Below the pieces are notes generated by a model. It was not told the origin of the DNA. It worked only from the letters and a program-made list of their open reading frames with translations, and made no database searches. Position numbers and translations under genes: made by a program. A stretch of DNA of 58,309 bases, filler included, from Sphacelaria rigidula (taxonomy: Eukaryota): NCBI GenBank assembly GCA_964200075.2. It is 10 parts of 10 records of this genome, joined end to end, with 100 filler letters (N's around TTAATTAATTAA, not from the genome) between each part and the next. Parts side by side here need not be neighbours in the genome. Positions count along the whole stretch, not along the records: positions 5,843 to 11,584 come from CAXNAA020024819.1; positions 11,685 to 17,425 come from CAXNAA020024820.1; positions 17,526 to 23,266 come from CAXNAA020024821.1; positions 23,367 to 29,107 come from CAXNAA020024822.1; 6 more parts are not named here. One strand, given 5' to 3'. Shown one piece after another: positions 11,220 through 23,399 of this stretch. The first letter of the stretch is position 1; each line of letters opens with the position of its first letter.

Positions 11220-12679
11220 GTAAGCATCAACAGAACATGCTCAAGTAGTTTTTATTTTTATTTTATCGGCGACACTTTCTACGATAGCCCCCCTCAAAGA
11301 AGAAAAATCCAAAAGTGTAACGAAAAAAATGCACATACAGCGCCTGATGTTTGGGTTTAGGCTGCATGAAGTGCCTCATATGGGCGACATTGGCGAGAAC
11401 GAACCCAAGCGTGGTATTTCCCAGCTGCTCGTTGTGCTCGGCTTTTTCCCACTTGGATATACGTGGAGATTTTGCCTCCCCAAACTAGGCACTTTGGGGG
11501 GGGGGGGGGCGTACTCATTTGCTGCTTGCCTTAGTCGTTTGACCGGTGACCACGCATCCCTTTCGGGAAGGGGCGGGGGGAGGGNNNNNNNNNNNNNNNN
11601 NNNNNNNNNNNNNNNNNNNNNNNNNNNNTTAATTAATTAANNNNNNNNNNNNNNNNNNNNNNNNNNNNNNNNNNNNNNNNNNNNTTAATCAACAAGGGAA
11701 TCAATTCAACACAGAGGTCCCATGACCTTTTATTACACATAGATCTCAGCGCTGAGTAGGAGATTCAGCCCTTAGCTCTGCCGGACCATGATCCAGCGTC
11801 ACCCTCATCCACTGGCATACATGGTTCACTACCTCCGACGTGAACTCCCCCCCAGCGTCACTCCTCACAAATTAGGGTACCCCAAACGTCAAGAAGAGCC
11901 TCAGCAGACATTTCGCTCCGGGTACCGTGAGCTTGGCAGCCAATGGGGAAGCAAAGAGAAACTTAGTTGCTCGATCCACGATGATCAACAAGTACCTGTT
12001 GCCCGAGGCGGAAACCTGCTTCGTGTCCGATATGTCCATCTCTAACACTTCCCATGCTCGCAAAAATCGGGCAGGTCGAATCTCTAGGGTGTGACTGTTG
12101 GTACGCTTGCGTTGCCGACATCCACAAGATAACACGTATCTGCGAGTATCGGCGAAAAGATCAGGCCATTCGTACCGTGCGTTGACTACTGCAGTCGTCC
12201 TCATTACTCTAGGGTGCCCATGCGTAGTAGGCACCCACGCCAGCAGCCCTGGCACTAGGCTGCGTGGGATAGCTGACTTGGCTGGCTCCTTAGGGGAGGT
12301 GTACCATAGAAGATCATCCTTATCTAGCACGTACGCATCCCGCCTCTTGCTAACTCCTTCATCCTTAGACTCCTTTCTCAACCTATCCTTGATGGGTCCC
12401 AGACGGACGTCCTGCTCTTGCAATAAAACGAGTTGTGATTTGTCCATCAGGATCACCCGCGTTTGTTCGAGAACGGTTCTAGGGTTACCTTTACCTGGTA
12501 CTGGTTCCTCAGCCGAGGCCTCCCCCCACCAGAGTCCTAGTCCGACTTATGTTCCGCTTCGGAAACCAACGAGCGAGATACTGCGGCTCCCCGCGTCTCT
12601 GGTAACTCATCCTCATGCGGTCATATCGCCGCTAGCGCACTTAAACCTACGTCCTCACTCCTAATCCGAGTCAAGCTCA

Positions 12680-13600
12680 ACAAACCTTCTGCTTCCAAGC
12701 TTGATAAGACTGCCCCTAACATCCACGGATGAACGAAACTAGCCACAATATCTAGCATGGCATCGGGGTTCACCGTTGGTGGAGTCTCGTATAGTAGTCG
12801 AGGGTGGTCGTGACTCTGACGAAGTCGACTCTTTCCAACTCTACTGCTTCCTCCCATACCCCTGCGTCCGCCCTGTGGGGTGTAAATTCTTCGCGCCGAG
12901 GTTTCCCTCTCATCAGCCGAAAACGAGTTAACCTGGGCATCGGATCCTCGAAACTATGAATAGCCTTGTCTTGCTCCGTCCGCTCCAAGAAATAGGTGCC
13001 GGTCCGCCCCAAGAGCTGGCCCAACGGGGGGCAGGTAACAGCATACGCTTCCACTCGCTGTCTCCATGCCCGCAGTGATTCTTCCACCTGCCGGCCAGCC
13101 TTCAGAGCGACCACATAGGTCCGTCGCTTCCTGTACGGGGCACTCACCTGCACGGCTGAGATAGAAGCCTGCTCAACGCAGCAACCGGCTCTGTTCAACA
13201 ACGGAGCCACGCTCTCCGTCCAAACCGGAGAGTGTACCATCACACCCGTACTTTCCAAGATCAGCGTTGTCGTCGAGACTGAGGAGAGGAACGACTCGAC
13301 CAATTCTCGGACACCATCTGCGGATTCCAACTCTCCCGCACTTTTATCAACGGAAGCAACCCTACTCGTATCTCCTACCAGCACTTCTGGTTGCGCCTCT
13401 TCCACCAGATTGTGAAAAGAAGGGCGCCCTGGAGTCGTACGTACCAGCTTGACTCCCTTCCCAATTTGATTCATTCTGACACAATCCAGCGCCTTCCAAT
13501 TTGCATCAGTAGCTGCGACCACCTTCAAGAACTTTTCCGCGGCAAGAATGCTTCCCCCGCCTCCACAATGGACAATCAAAGCAGGGGGTCGTTGCTTAAC
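12680..13600 (-). pseudogene. C5 DNA cytosine methyltransferase-like domain within Gypsy pol
   Basis: Ordered motif resemblance: I (IVHCGGGGS), II/III (VVAATDANWKALDCVRMN), pre-IV (PEVLVGD, no PC), VI (LILEST), VII (LNRAGC), VIII (SAVQVSAPYRKRRTYVVA), IX/X (LERVDFVRV; ASFVHPWMLGAVL after a frameshift near 12790). Assessed by eye only. Confidence 0.7.
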
Positions 13601-13715
13601 CAGTCCTGTCACAGGGTTCTCCGAGTCAACCCCGTTCCTCGTTTCCGGTGGATACAACGCGCTGACCTCCTCCAATGCTAATGCCATCACATCCGCGGAT
13701 TCCTTCGGATACTCA

Positions 13716-13839
13716 TTTTCCTTTTACCCTGACATGGGGTATTAGCCTGTGACCACGGAAGACGTCCGAGTCAGATGCCCAGTACAGCACTGCGCAGATA
13801 CCGGAACGACTCTTTAATGTAAAGACAACAACAACAACA
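13716..13839 (+). mobile_element. 5'-truncated non-LTR retroposon fragment with (CAA)n tail inserted in the Gypsy pol
   Basis: Flanked by direct repeat ACTCA (13711-13715 and 13840-13844); ends in ACAACAACAACAA. Confidence 0.7.
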
Positions 13840-16800
13840 ACTCAGCCTCCAACTCCTTCAGTAACATCCCGTCCAGTTTGGGTCCTTGCGGTTCTCCTCC
13901 TCCGCCGGGTCCAGCTTCGGTATCATCGTCACGGAATGACACGTCAATGTCACTTCCCCGGGGTTGGCTCCCTTGCAGCCGAGACAGGGCGTCCGGCAAC
14001 TGGTGTTCGCGTCCAGCTCTGCACTTGAGGACTATATCATACTCCATCAATCTTAGCGCCCACCGGTGGAACTTAGGCGACAAGTTCTGACTACGAAACA
14101 GCCATGTCAACGCACTACAATCCGTAACCAGCGTAAACTCTCGCCCCCATAGGTACGATTTGAATCGTTCCACGGACCACAAAACAGCGACTACTTCTCT
14201 CTCTGATGCTGATCTTTCTTCATCTGCCCGCGACCATCTATGACCAGCGTATATCGATGACCCATTCCCCCTCATCCGCCTCCTGGGACAGGGCGGCCCC
14301 TGCTACGAACTCGGAAGCGTCTGAATGTAGCACGAACCGTTCATTCCAACCCGAGTACGCCAAGATCGGATATGACATCAGAGCGCTCTTCAAGTCTAGG
14401 AATGCTTGTTGCTGTTGTTCCCCCCACGGAATCTTCATCCTCCGCGCTCGCATGGAAGCGAACCGCGGGTCACGCAGCAAGTCTGTGAGCGGTACTGCCG
14501 TGTTACTGTACCCCTTTATGTCCCTCCGAAGATATCCAGTCATACCTAGGAACGACCTTAGCTCTTCTACCCTCTGCGGCTCCCTCAACTGAGCGATAGC
14601 TTCAATCTTAGACTGGGAGGGTCGTATTCCCGATGCGTCGATCGTCATCCCTACGAAGTCCTGTTGCTGAGTGCATCATTGTGATTTCTGGAAATTCACA
14701 GTGAGGCCAGCCTTCAGCAAGCAATAGAGCACAACTCTCAACCCCGTTATTTGGCTGGTGAAAGTCGCACTAGGCCACAAGCTATCATCCAACCAGTTCT
14801 TGACACCCTGCGCCGGCAACAACGCTTCAGATACTGTTCGGTGAAATGTCGCGGGTAGTACCTTGAGTCCGAATCCACAACGTTGATATTACCATAAGTG
14901 CCCCCTCGAATCGCGAAAGGACCGTCCCTTGTAAACGATGGTATCGGTGTCCTTGGAACCGAGAAGCTTGGCCAAAGTGTTTGCTTGACGCGACATCGCT
15001 TATTGGTGTTTCAGTACAGCCGACCAATTGTGATCAGACGGGTATGGTGCAGGAACACGAGGGTACGTGGCCCCATACGGAGTCAGCCCATCCAGCCTGA
15101 ATTGGGCTGCCGGGGTTACACTAGAGGGATTGATAGATCCGTAGAACGGACTGCAGTAGAGACTAATCGGGTCTGGCGCGACCGTACACCTAAGGTGTAA
15201 CCGCAGCTGTAGCCTGGTGGGCAATGCACCCAGATCGGTGTTCATTACACTCTAATCCACAGCTCACATCAGAAGTCGCTTGAGTTGTGAATACACCCAT
15301 CATGGCTCCATGTTCCTCACTTTATCGCCGTCTGAGAATTGATAACATCCGAGGTAGCACCGGCACGCTGCGTCAGGCATCATAGTCAGTCTGACGTTTC
15401 ACATTAGTGATGGCTCATAAAGTTAAATTAACCCCCCTGATAGCATGCGCCAAGTGCCCTCTAACGGTATCCAATAACTGTGAAATGAATGCAAGCGGGT
15501 AGCACGAATGCCATGAACCTCAGTCATCACGATCTTTTCCTCCATGGGTTACAACTGTCATGGCAGCACAAGGTTGACTGATCATGTTGCCAAGTTCTTC
15601 AACCCATGAACTCGAGCGCTGGCGGTCAATCCAATGGTCAAATCATCCGTAATTATACTAAAACAAATGCATACGGATAGATTCTTTGTACATAGTACAA
15701 CAATGCTCTCGGCACGACTGCCTTTGTGGGGTTTCCCTTGGTTGCAGACATGAATGAGCTAACTCTCATCACAACGATGGCTACTATTCACAGCTGTAGC
15801 ATTGTAGGCAGAAAGGGTGTCTCGCCTTCGCATGGAAACATCGTTTTATGCTGTTAAAGGAACTAGTGCATCTAAAGATATGGTTCATGCGACCCTGAAA
15901 ATCTTTCATCTGTTTTATTGTGAGTTGCAAATCAACTTGACCGGCTGACTTGTACAAGAGGGATGCGCACATCCAATATCCGCTGAGCGATATACAAGCT
16001 AGCCTTCAGGTGTTTTACCTCACTGCAAACGGACGGTGTACTACCACACCCGTGCGTTGTGCGCAGCAAGCCTACAGCCATTTCATAGCGTGGTGTGTAG
16101 ACGATGTTAGCATGTAGCAGTATCGTGCCTGACCTAATTTTTATGTATCTACGTAGGTGACCAATCACGCGAGACATTGCCCTTCACATGCTGTTTTACT
16201 GTAACATAGATAGACACATGAAGCCCAGCGGTAAACAATGATCGCCATTTTAACGCTGTAGACTGGCGCCAGATAAACCCAATAGGCAGCGACTTAAAGT
16301 GCATACGCGATCGCCTGCTGACCAGTTGATTTACTTTTACATCCCCGGGTAACGCCTCAGTTTACTTTTGGTCCACGACCTCGAAGAGAAAAACAGACGT
16401 CGTTTTTCCGACGAGTCTGGATTTAAAATCAAATGGCCCGCCAATATATTGTTGGCTGTATGGGTATGAGGCCTTTTACTCACGTATGTTGTGGCGGTGC
16501 TTCATGTTCTCCATTCATTTTTCATGTATGCACTCAGAATTCAACCTCCCGCCTGGGCAGCTGACTCATCTTGAAGTCCTTTCCAAAATTGTATCTTGTA
16601 GCATTTGTCCAGACTACTTCCTTTTTGCTCGATTGAGCCCATCTCTACGCATGATCGTGTAACGATGGCTCTGTTTGATTGACGTTCGCTCCGGTTTTAG
16701 TTTCGTACGCGTTCCGCAATAAAACATAATTTTTGCAAATGAGTACAGATGGGGATCACCCGATTCCACCGTTTTTATACTATTTTTCGTAGAATGCGCG

Positions 16801-18039
16801 TTATTGATCAACATCTTCGCTGTTTCTCCCCCAAAGCGGTCCGCTCTCCGGGATGGGTTGATTCTTCCCACCCTGACCACATGCGTTTCCGCATTTTGAT
16901 CACCTCTGTACTGGCGCAAAACGTGAGCGCGTCGCTCTCAGCGAACATCATGATGGTTATTTTTCTGTCAAGTTATGTCCTTACCATCACCAATCTAGCA
17001 TGGTGATGCAGACGAGGTTGTACCATGTATTCTTGTTTGATACTTCAAAGTATATAAAGAAAATCGAATTCCTGAGCCGTTGCTACACATCTCCCCCTGC
17101 AGCATGGTACCTTCCTGAAGAACCCACAGATTATATAGTGCGACACGATAGTCCCGGTTGCAGAAGCGCCATGATACAAACAAAGTAATGTTGGCCATAG
17201 TGGTCGTCCACACGCGTATCTCTACTGAGCGAGCCGATATCCTAGAGCGAACAAGCATCTAGTTAAGTCAAATCATGCATAGGCAAATGCGTGATGATTA
17301 ATACTTCCTCTGTCCCATAAGTCTGTATCGTTATGGACGTTTAATCGTGTGGGTATTTCAATGCTCACGATCATGCTACAGTTGGGCTCGTTAGAGAGAT
17401 AACGTGCAGACGAAGCTGACTGAGANNNNNNNNNNNNNNNNNNNNNNNNNNNNNNNNNNNNNNNNNNNNTTAATTAATTAANNNNNNNNNNNNNNNNNNN
17501 NNNNNNNNNNNNNNNNNNNNNNNNNGGTCAGGGAAAGCACGGCTTTTGAGTTGAACCTCATTTTTTTTTTCAACCCCATTTTCGAAAATCGGCTGTTCAC
17601 TGCTGCACCATGTATCATGAGTTTACGTTGTGCGGACACGTTATTTCGATATGTGGTTTGGGGTGGCGTTCAAACTCAATGATCGGAGAAAACTTATATT
17701 TTTCAAATAAAAACAATTTTCAATACTTCGAATACCCAAATTGTCGTCTTCTCCTCATGCTAGAAGGCGCGCCTAGTGAGGGGATACTGCCACAACGCCA
17801 TGACAAGGACGCAAAACGGGCGCATAAGGTACGCATATTTTCGCTGAAAACGGCTTAAAATGGGGCATAAAACAGAGGAGAAAAGCCTATTAGAAAAAAA
17901 ACGGAGCTTAGTTTTTTAAAGAAACGCGCTTAAGGAGCTAATGCCTAGAACCATGTAGTGTCGTTTCATGTGTATCTTTGATCGAAGATATCCTTCCATG
18001 TCTAGTCACAAAGCTCATGGGATATAGCAGTGAGAAATG

Positions 18040-18490
18040 TGCTGCCATGATTTGTTATACAGTAGTGTACAATATCAAGGAAAGTAGGTTACGTAGCTTG
18101 CAGCAGATGTAGTGTAAAGAGCTGGCAAGACTAAAAAGACTAATAGTTGAACTAAATGATATCGTTTGGTCTCACGTACGTGTACCAACTTGGCTTTTTG
18201 TTTCAGGATTGAAGATGCTTGGACTCAGCCACCTCGGCCCCCATTGCTGTCACTCTCCTTCGTTTCCTTCAGCCCCTCTGCTTTGAAAAGAGACTACGCT
18301 TTTATTCTATGTGGGCTGAGTGAAGTGCCCGTGAAAACTCTCTTCTTCCTTCTTCTTCTGCTGCAAAAGCAAGTTGTCTACCAACCCACGGTGCATCTCT
18401 ACCATACCATGACACACACACTATTATCCGGTGTGACAGCAGTCGGTCTGTCCCTGAAGACTGTACCACATAACACGAGCCTTTCCAACA
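18040..18490. repeat. About 450-500-bp diverged direct repeat; second copy at about 19083-19570
   Basis: Colinear shared blocks GCCATGATT, AGCTGGCA, TTTGGTCT.ACGTAC, GCTTTTTGTT.CAGG, CAGCCCTCTGCTT, AGTCGGTCTGTC, TTTCCAACA. Confidence 0.7.
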
Positions 18491-18800
18491 AATGCATGTT
18501 GGTGCAAATACTGAGAATAATGGATATAAGGGTACAATGTGGATTCATCGTGCAGGTGGTGTGGCACATTCATCAACCCACAAACCTTTGCTTCAGGAGA
18601 TTCTGTGGAGTCTAGTCCCGCAAGTTAGAACGTTTCTCCCCGGTTTTCGCCGTGCAAGAGTGTGCGACCGATGTTACCGTTGTATATGATACAGTCTATA
18701 TCCATTGCGTTTGGATGAAGTCGTTGCAGATAGATATGCGGTACAACTTGTAACGGTTCAAGGAAATCACAAACCACGTATCTTTTTCACGGAGAGTGCG

Positions 18801-19011
18801 TGTAATGCGTGAGAGGACCGCGTGCTTAGAGGACCGCATCGGAAGTTGAACATCGCTATAGTTAAGGTTAAGGGTAGTGTTAGTGTTGGCGTCAGGATCA
18901 GGGGCGTGGTCCCTTCAGGAACTGGCTCGCATGGTTCTGAAAAGCTTCGATCCTGAGGTCTTCCGAACTATGATGCGGTCCTCCAAGCACGCGGTCCTCT
19001 CACGCATTACA
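18801..19011. mobile_element. MITE with 27-bp TIR; inverted second copy at about 19977-20196
   Basis: TGTAATGCGTGAGAGGACCGCGTGCTT ... AAGCACGCGGTCCTCTCACGCATTACA; degenerate TTAGGG/CCCTAA units inside. Confidence 0.85.
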
Positions 19012-21539
19012 GTGCCTCTTTTGTGTTGATTTATATTCCATTTGTTTGAATGACGTTTCAAGTATGGTATTGCTGGAGTAGGCGTGTTGCCATGATTCGT
19101 TTATAAAATATACTCTAGCAGAGTATTTAGGCCACGTAAGCTGAATCCATCTTGTGCGCAAGATTGTAGTTGATCCAAGCTACAGAGCTGGCAGGGCTAC
19201 CGCGTCAGCAGTCGCAATGTTGAATTGGATTATAAAATTTGGTCTTACGTACTTGTAGAGACTTCTGCTTTTTGTTCCAGGTTCGAGTGTGCTTTGATTC
19301 GGTGACCTATACCGCTTATGCAACCACTCTCCCAAGCTTACCCAGTTCTTCTTCGTTTCCTCCAGCCCTCTGCTTACAAAAGAGGCTGCTTGATTTTGTT
19401 CAGCCTAGTGAAGAGCCCCAAATACCATTTGTATTTTCCTACTTTCTGTCTGCTGCAGAAGCTAGTGGTTTACGTACCATTGTGCGACCTCTGCCATCAC
19501 TACTGTTCACGCAACGGTAGTCGGTCTGTCTCGAGGGCAGTACCACACGACACGAGCTAGTATTTCCAACAACCGATACATTAGATGAAGTCACTCCACA
19601 ACAGTCGACGACTTGCGGGGGAGGTGATGGCCGTGTCGCCATCATCTACATGTCATCATTAAGTGAAGACACGAACTAGGGGAGAGAGATCGATCCCGTG
19701 AGATTGCAGGCTCATCCCGAGTACGCAAGGGAGATGAAAAAAGTACAAAAAATCGGTCGAAATGTATATCGCTGTCCTGCCGCGGTGGTGCTGAGGCGAT
19801 AGTTGCCAGACCGAAGAATATCGCCTCCGAAACGCCTGACAGCAAGCAGACCACACCACTCTGTCCTCGAGCGCGTATCGTGGGGGTGCACCTCTGTTCA
19901 AAAATGAACATATGTGTGCCCAATTTGCTATTATTTCGTCTTCCAAAGACTACTGCGTGCTAAAGTGTCTATAATATGTAAGAGGACCGCGTGCTTACTG
20001 TAGAGGACCGCATCGTAGTTCGAAACACCTCGGGGTCGACGTTTTTCAAAAGCAGTCAGTCCCTGCAGGGACCACGCCCCGAACCTAACCCCAACACTAG
20101 TCCTAACCCTAACACTGACTATAGGGATGTTCAAATTCCGATGCGGTCCTCTAAGCACGCGGTTCTCTAAGCACGCGGTCCTCTCACGCATTACACTGTC
20201 CGACTGTTTGCGTGTTCACATGCTCTCCAACTACCCAGGGCTCAACAATGCGTCAACAACAGCCGCGGCTAATTCGACAGCATATCCCGACTTGTCTTCT
20301 TGCTCGTTATTCTCGGTGACCTGCCTGCGTGTGCTTCGAACTACCGTCAGCATCTTGGTCGCTAGGACTGAGTATATGCCCTGGTGTCGCAGGCCTCCTA
20401 GCGGAGCCGGCAACGTATTTCCCCGGGGTCTTCTCTCAGTCTGGGCTTTTTGGAAGGTGATGTAAGCTCAATAATACGGTGTCGTTAGCCTACCGAAACT
20501 GTATCTCACTTGTCCAGTCCACCCTACAGTTCCTACCTGGTGTGTTACCACTGATGATACCCCACCTTGGTCACTGACTTGTCAAACTTTCGTGCTTCTT
20601 GATTAGTAATGAGTCGAACCGACACCTTATTTTCTACCCTGATGTCGCCCGATTACTCACTGGTCCCTCAGGTTTCCGTACTTGCTTCCCAACCTGGCTG
20701 GGGCGGGTTTAGCTATCATCACCCTTTCGATGACGTCTCTCTTCCTTGCGCGGCATCCGGCCGTAGTAGCACTCCGCAACTACAGGTACGTGGTAGGGTT
20801 GAAGGGCATTGCTTGATACATGTGTCTAGTGCTGTAAACGATAAAATCCGACATCGGTGCTGGTACCTGAGGAAGAACTTGCATGCTGCAACAATGACTT
20901 TGCATTTGATTTGCGGGAGACTCGATGGCTGCAGCACAGTAATCACCCGCGGCCACGTGATGCGGAGACGGGTCCTGTCATTGGCCTCAACCTTTCATCG
21001 TCAGCTGCGTATGCTATTTTCGAGCATGGCTAGACTCTTGGACTTTGTGTTGGACGCAGGGGGTCCGCACTCCCTCTACTCTGGCGAAAAAATACTTCGA
21101 AGTATGAAGACGCTCACATCTGAGATGTTACGTTGACGCAAGGATCTGTCGAGCGAAAAGTTTCGGACACGTAGCCCCCCCCCCCATCCCGGAGTGCATT
21201 TGTTCGAAAATTGTCATGATTTTTTCGATTCTTTTTTGTCAAGTTTCTCGCAAGGAATTGATCAATAAACACTGTTTTGATTATTTCTGTTAATTTTGCC
21301 ACAAGAAACTGATCAATAAACGGTGACAAAAAACAAAACGTCTGGTGGGCTTTGTGGAGTTCGTATATCTGCTTCTGATTCTTGCCCGTTCTGTTCCGAT
21401 GACTCAGATGCCGGAGGGCATTTCTCCGACAAGTAAAATCATCCTGTTTTTTCTAATATCTTCTGTTGACTTTGTTGCAAGAAATTGATCAATGAACATG
21501 GAAAAAATCCGAAGAGTTTGGTGGGCTTTGCGGGGTATA

Positions 21540-22041
21540 TGTTAACTGCTGCTCCTTTACATAAATTTATTTATTTATAATATATACTTCCCATCATATA
21601 TAATGTAGGAATCATATGCTATATATTTTATAGCATATATATATATTAATATATAACATATGTGGAAGTCGTTAGACTCCCGGTGACGGTGGAAGCCGTC
21701 GAAGGTGGCCGATGATTTCCCTCGGGTTACGTAGTCAAGGATTGATCGTAAGTCGTGAGGTTGAGGCAAAGTGGATGACTCGGGAAAGCTCGACGAACGC
21801 GAGCGAGTTAGCCCGATGACGAAGTCTGAGAGTCTTGGTCAAGAGTTGTCCCTAGGGATTGCCAGCAGTTCGCTGGGAAGATCCCTCTTACCTTGGGGCC
21901 CCAGATCCGGCTGTACAGATATGGAAGCTTCGGGGCTCCTGCGAACTTACCCCTGTAACAGCCGTTCACTAGGTTACACGTCATAAAAGGAAATCTCTCC
22001 GCACATGCCCAAGTGGCGATCTATACATCACCCCCCCCTTT
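21540..22041 (-). mobile_element. Probable 3' LTR with upstream polypurine tract
   Basis: Minus strand reads AAAGGGGGGGG (PPT, 22031-22041), then TGATG..., AATAAA motifs near 21565, and ends ...TAACA at 21540, where it interrupts a flanking repeat. Confidence 0.5.
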
Positions 22042-22599
22042 GATGCGCCGCGAGGCCATCTGTGAAGGCTCGTGGCGGGCATCCGGGAGAATGATATTTT
22101 TCTTGGAGTCTAATTTGTATGTGCTTATGATATACTTTTATAGTAAGTAGCCTTGAGTTGAACGCATCATATCCTCTACACTGGGTGTTGAGAAACACTA
22201 ACCAAGAAGTTGTATCGACGTTCTCCTACAGGTTCGTGTAAAGAAAAAATCGGGAAAAAAAATGTTTTCCTCAAAATTTCGTGCAAGTTTCGTTCAGTGA
22301 TCAGCTGAACGATCTACACAGATTACCGTATCCGACGGTCTGTACCAATAAGGTCCGCTCATGACTTGCACAGGAGTGGAGCTATGGTGGCCGCGTGATA
22401 TATTGGGTAACGAGGGAGAGGTTGATATCGGGTACAGCGGTGGTAAACATGTGCTCTTCTTTTCTCGGAGCATTTTGCTCGGAGTAGAAAGAGCTTTTTA
22501 CGACCATCCTTGTCAGCAAGTGCCCCTTATGCTGATAAGAGCTTGATTCAAAGACCAAGCCTCTCTTCACCGTCGATGTGTTTCCGATCGTGAGATCTG

Positions 22600-22960
22600 T
22601 CCCGATATTATTGTTAGTCGTGTAGGCATGACGCGATTATTTTTTCCACCTCGCCTTACAATTTCGTCTCTTTTCTCCGGATTTATGACACGGCGAGTCA
22701 AGTTAGCGCGTATTGTTTTATCTTGAACTGATTTGATACGCGTTCATGTCTGAATATTATTTTAGTCGTGTAGGCCTGACACGAAAAACTACTGCCGCTC
22801 GCCTTAGTTAATATATATATTTTTATTGTTGGCGAATTTTGGGGACGGCGAGTCATCTTAGCGCGTATTATTCAACTTGGTTTGATTTTATACGCGTTTT
22901 ACCTATTTATTTTCAGGCATTCTGTTGGTCGTGTAAGTATGACACGATTTTTTGTTTTTC
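22600..22960. repeat. Degenerate tandem repeat of about 150 bp
   Basis: GTCGTGTA.G..TGAC.CGA recurs at about 22617, 22765 and 22928; ACGGCGAGTCA..TTAGCGCGTATT at about 22690 and 22845. Confidence 0.6.
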
Positions 22961-23399
22961 AGCTCACCTTATATTTTTCGCGTATTGTTCAGCATCCACA
23001 GCGTGCCCTTTTTCGGAAATGCCCAAAATAGTGTCAACAGGTAATTTTGGTTGACGTCCGAACATGAGGAAATAGAACAGCCGATCCTAATTTCTGGGCT
23101 TGAAACATAAAATGACGTTGAAGTCCCATTCCTCCATTGCAGGGAAGATACGAAATAGTAACACAAAGCGGAAGCATCTTCCCACCAAAATTCCGCGGGA
23201 GACCGCGAGAGTAGGTCACCTGCTGAATCGGCATCAATATTCATTTGAAAAAGTACACGTGGTCCANNNNNNNNNNNNNNNNNNNNNNNNNNNNNNNNNN
23301 NNNNNNNNNNTTAATTAATTAANNNNNNNNNNNNNNNNNNNNNNNNNNNNNNNNNNNNNNNNNNNNAGCGCTGACTGGTCATTAGTCTAGTTGGTTGTC

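Larger units (their letters stand above)
11760..14975 (-). mobile_element. Decayed Ty3/Gypsy LTR retrotransposon pol: RT - RNase H - C5 MTase-like domain - integrase
   Basis: RT (GFGLKVLPATFHR, NWLDD, LRSFLGMTGYLRR); RNase H (FVLHSDASE, EREVVAVLWSVERFKSYLWGREFTLVTDCSAL, RWALRLMEYD, PDALSRL); integrase (HGHP...YVLSCGC, EVLEMDI, TFGVP*FVRSDAGGEF). Several stops and frameshifts. Confidence 0.93.

Noticed and set aside
20609..21136. 175-aa ORF as a gene
   Set aside because: No recognisable motif or splice structure; consistent with a chance ORF in repeat-derived DNA.
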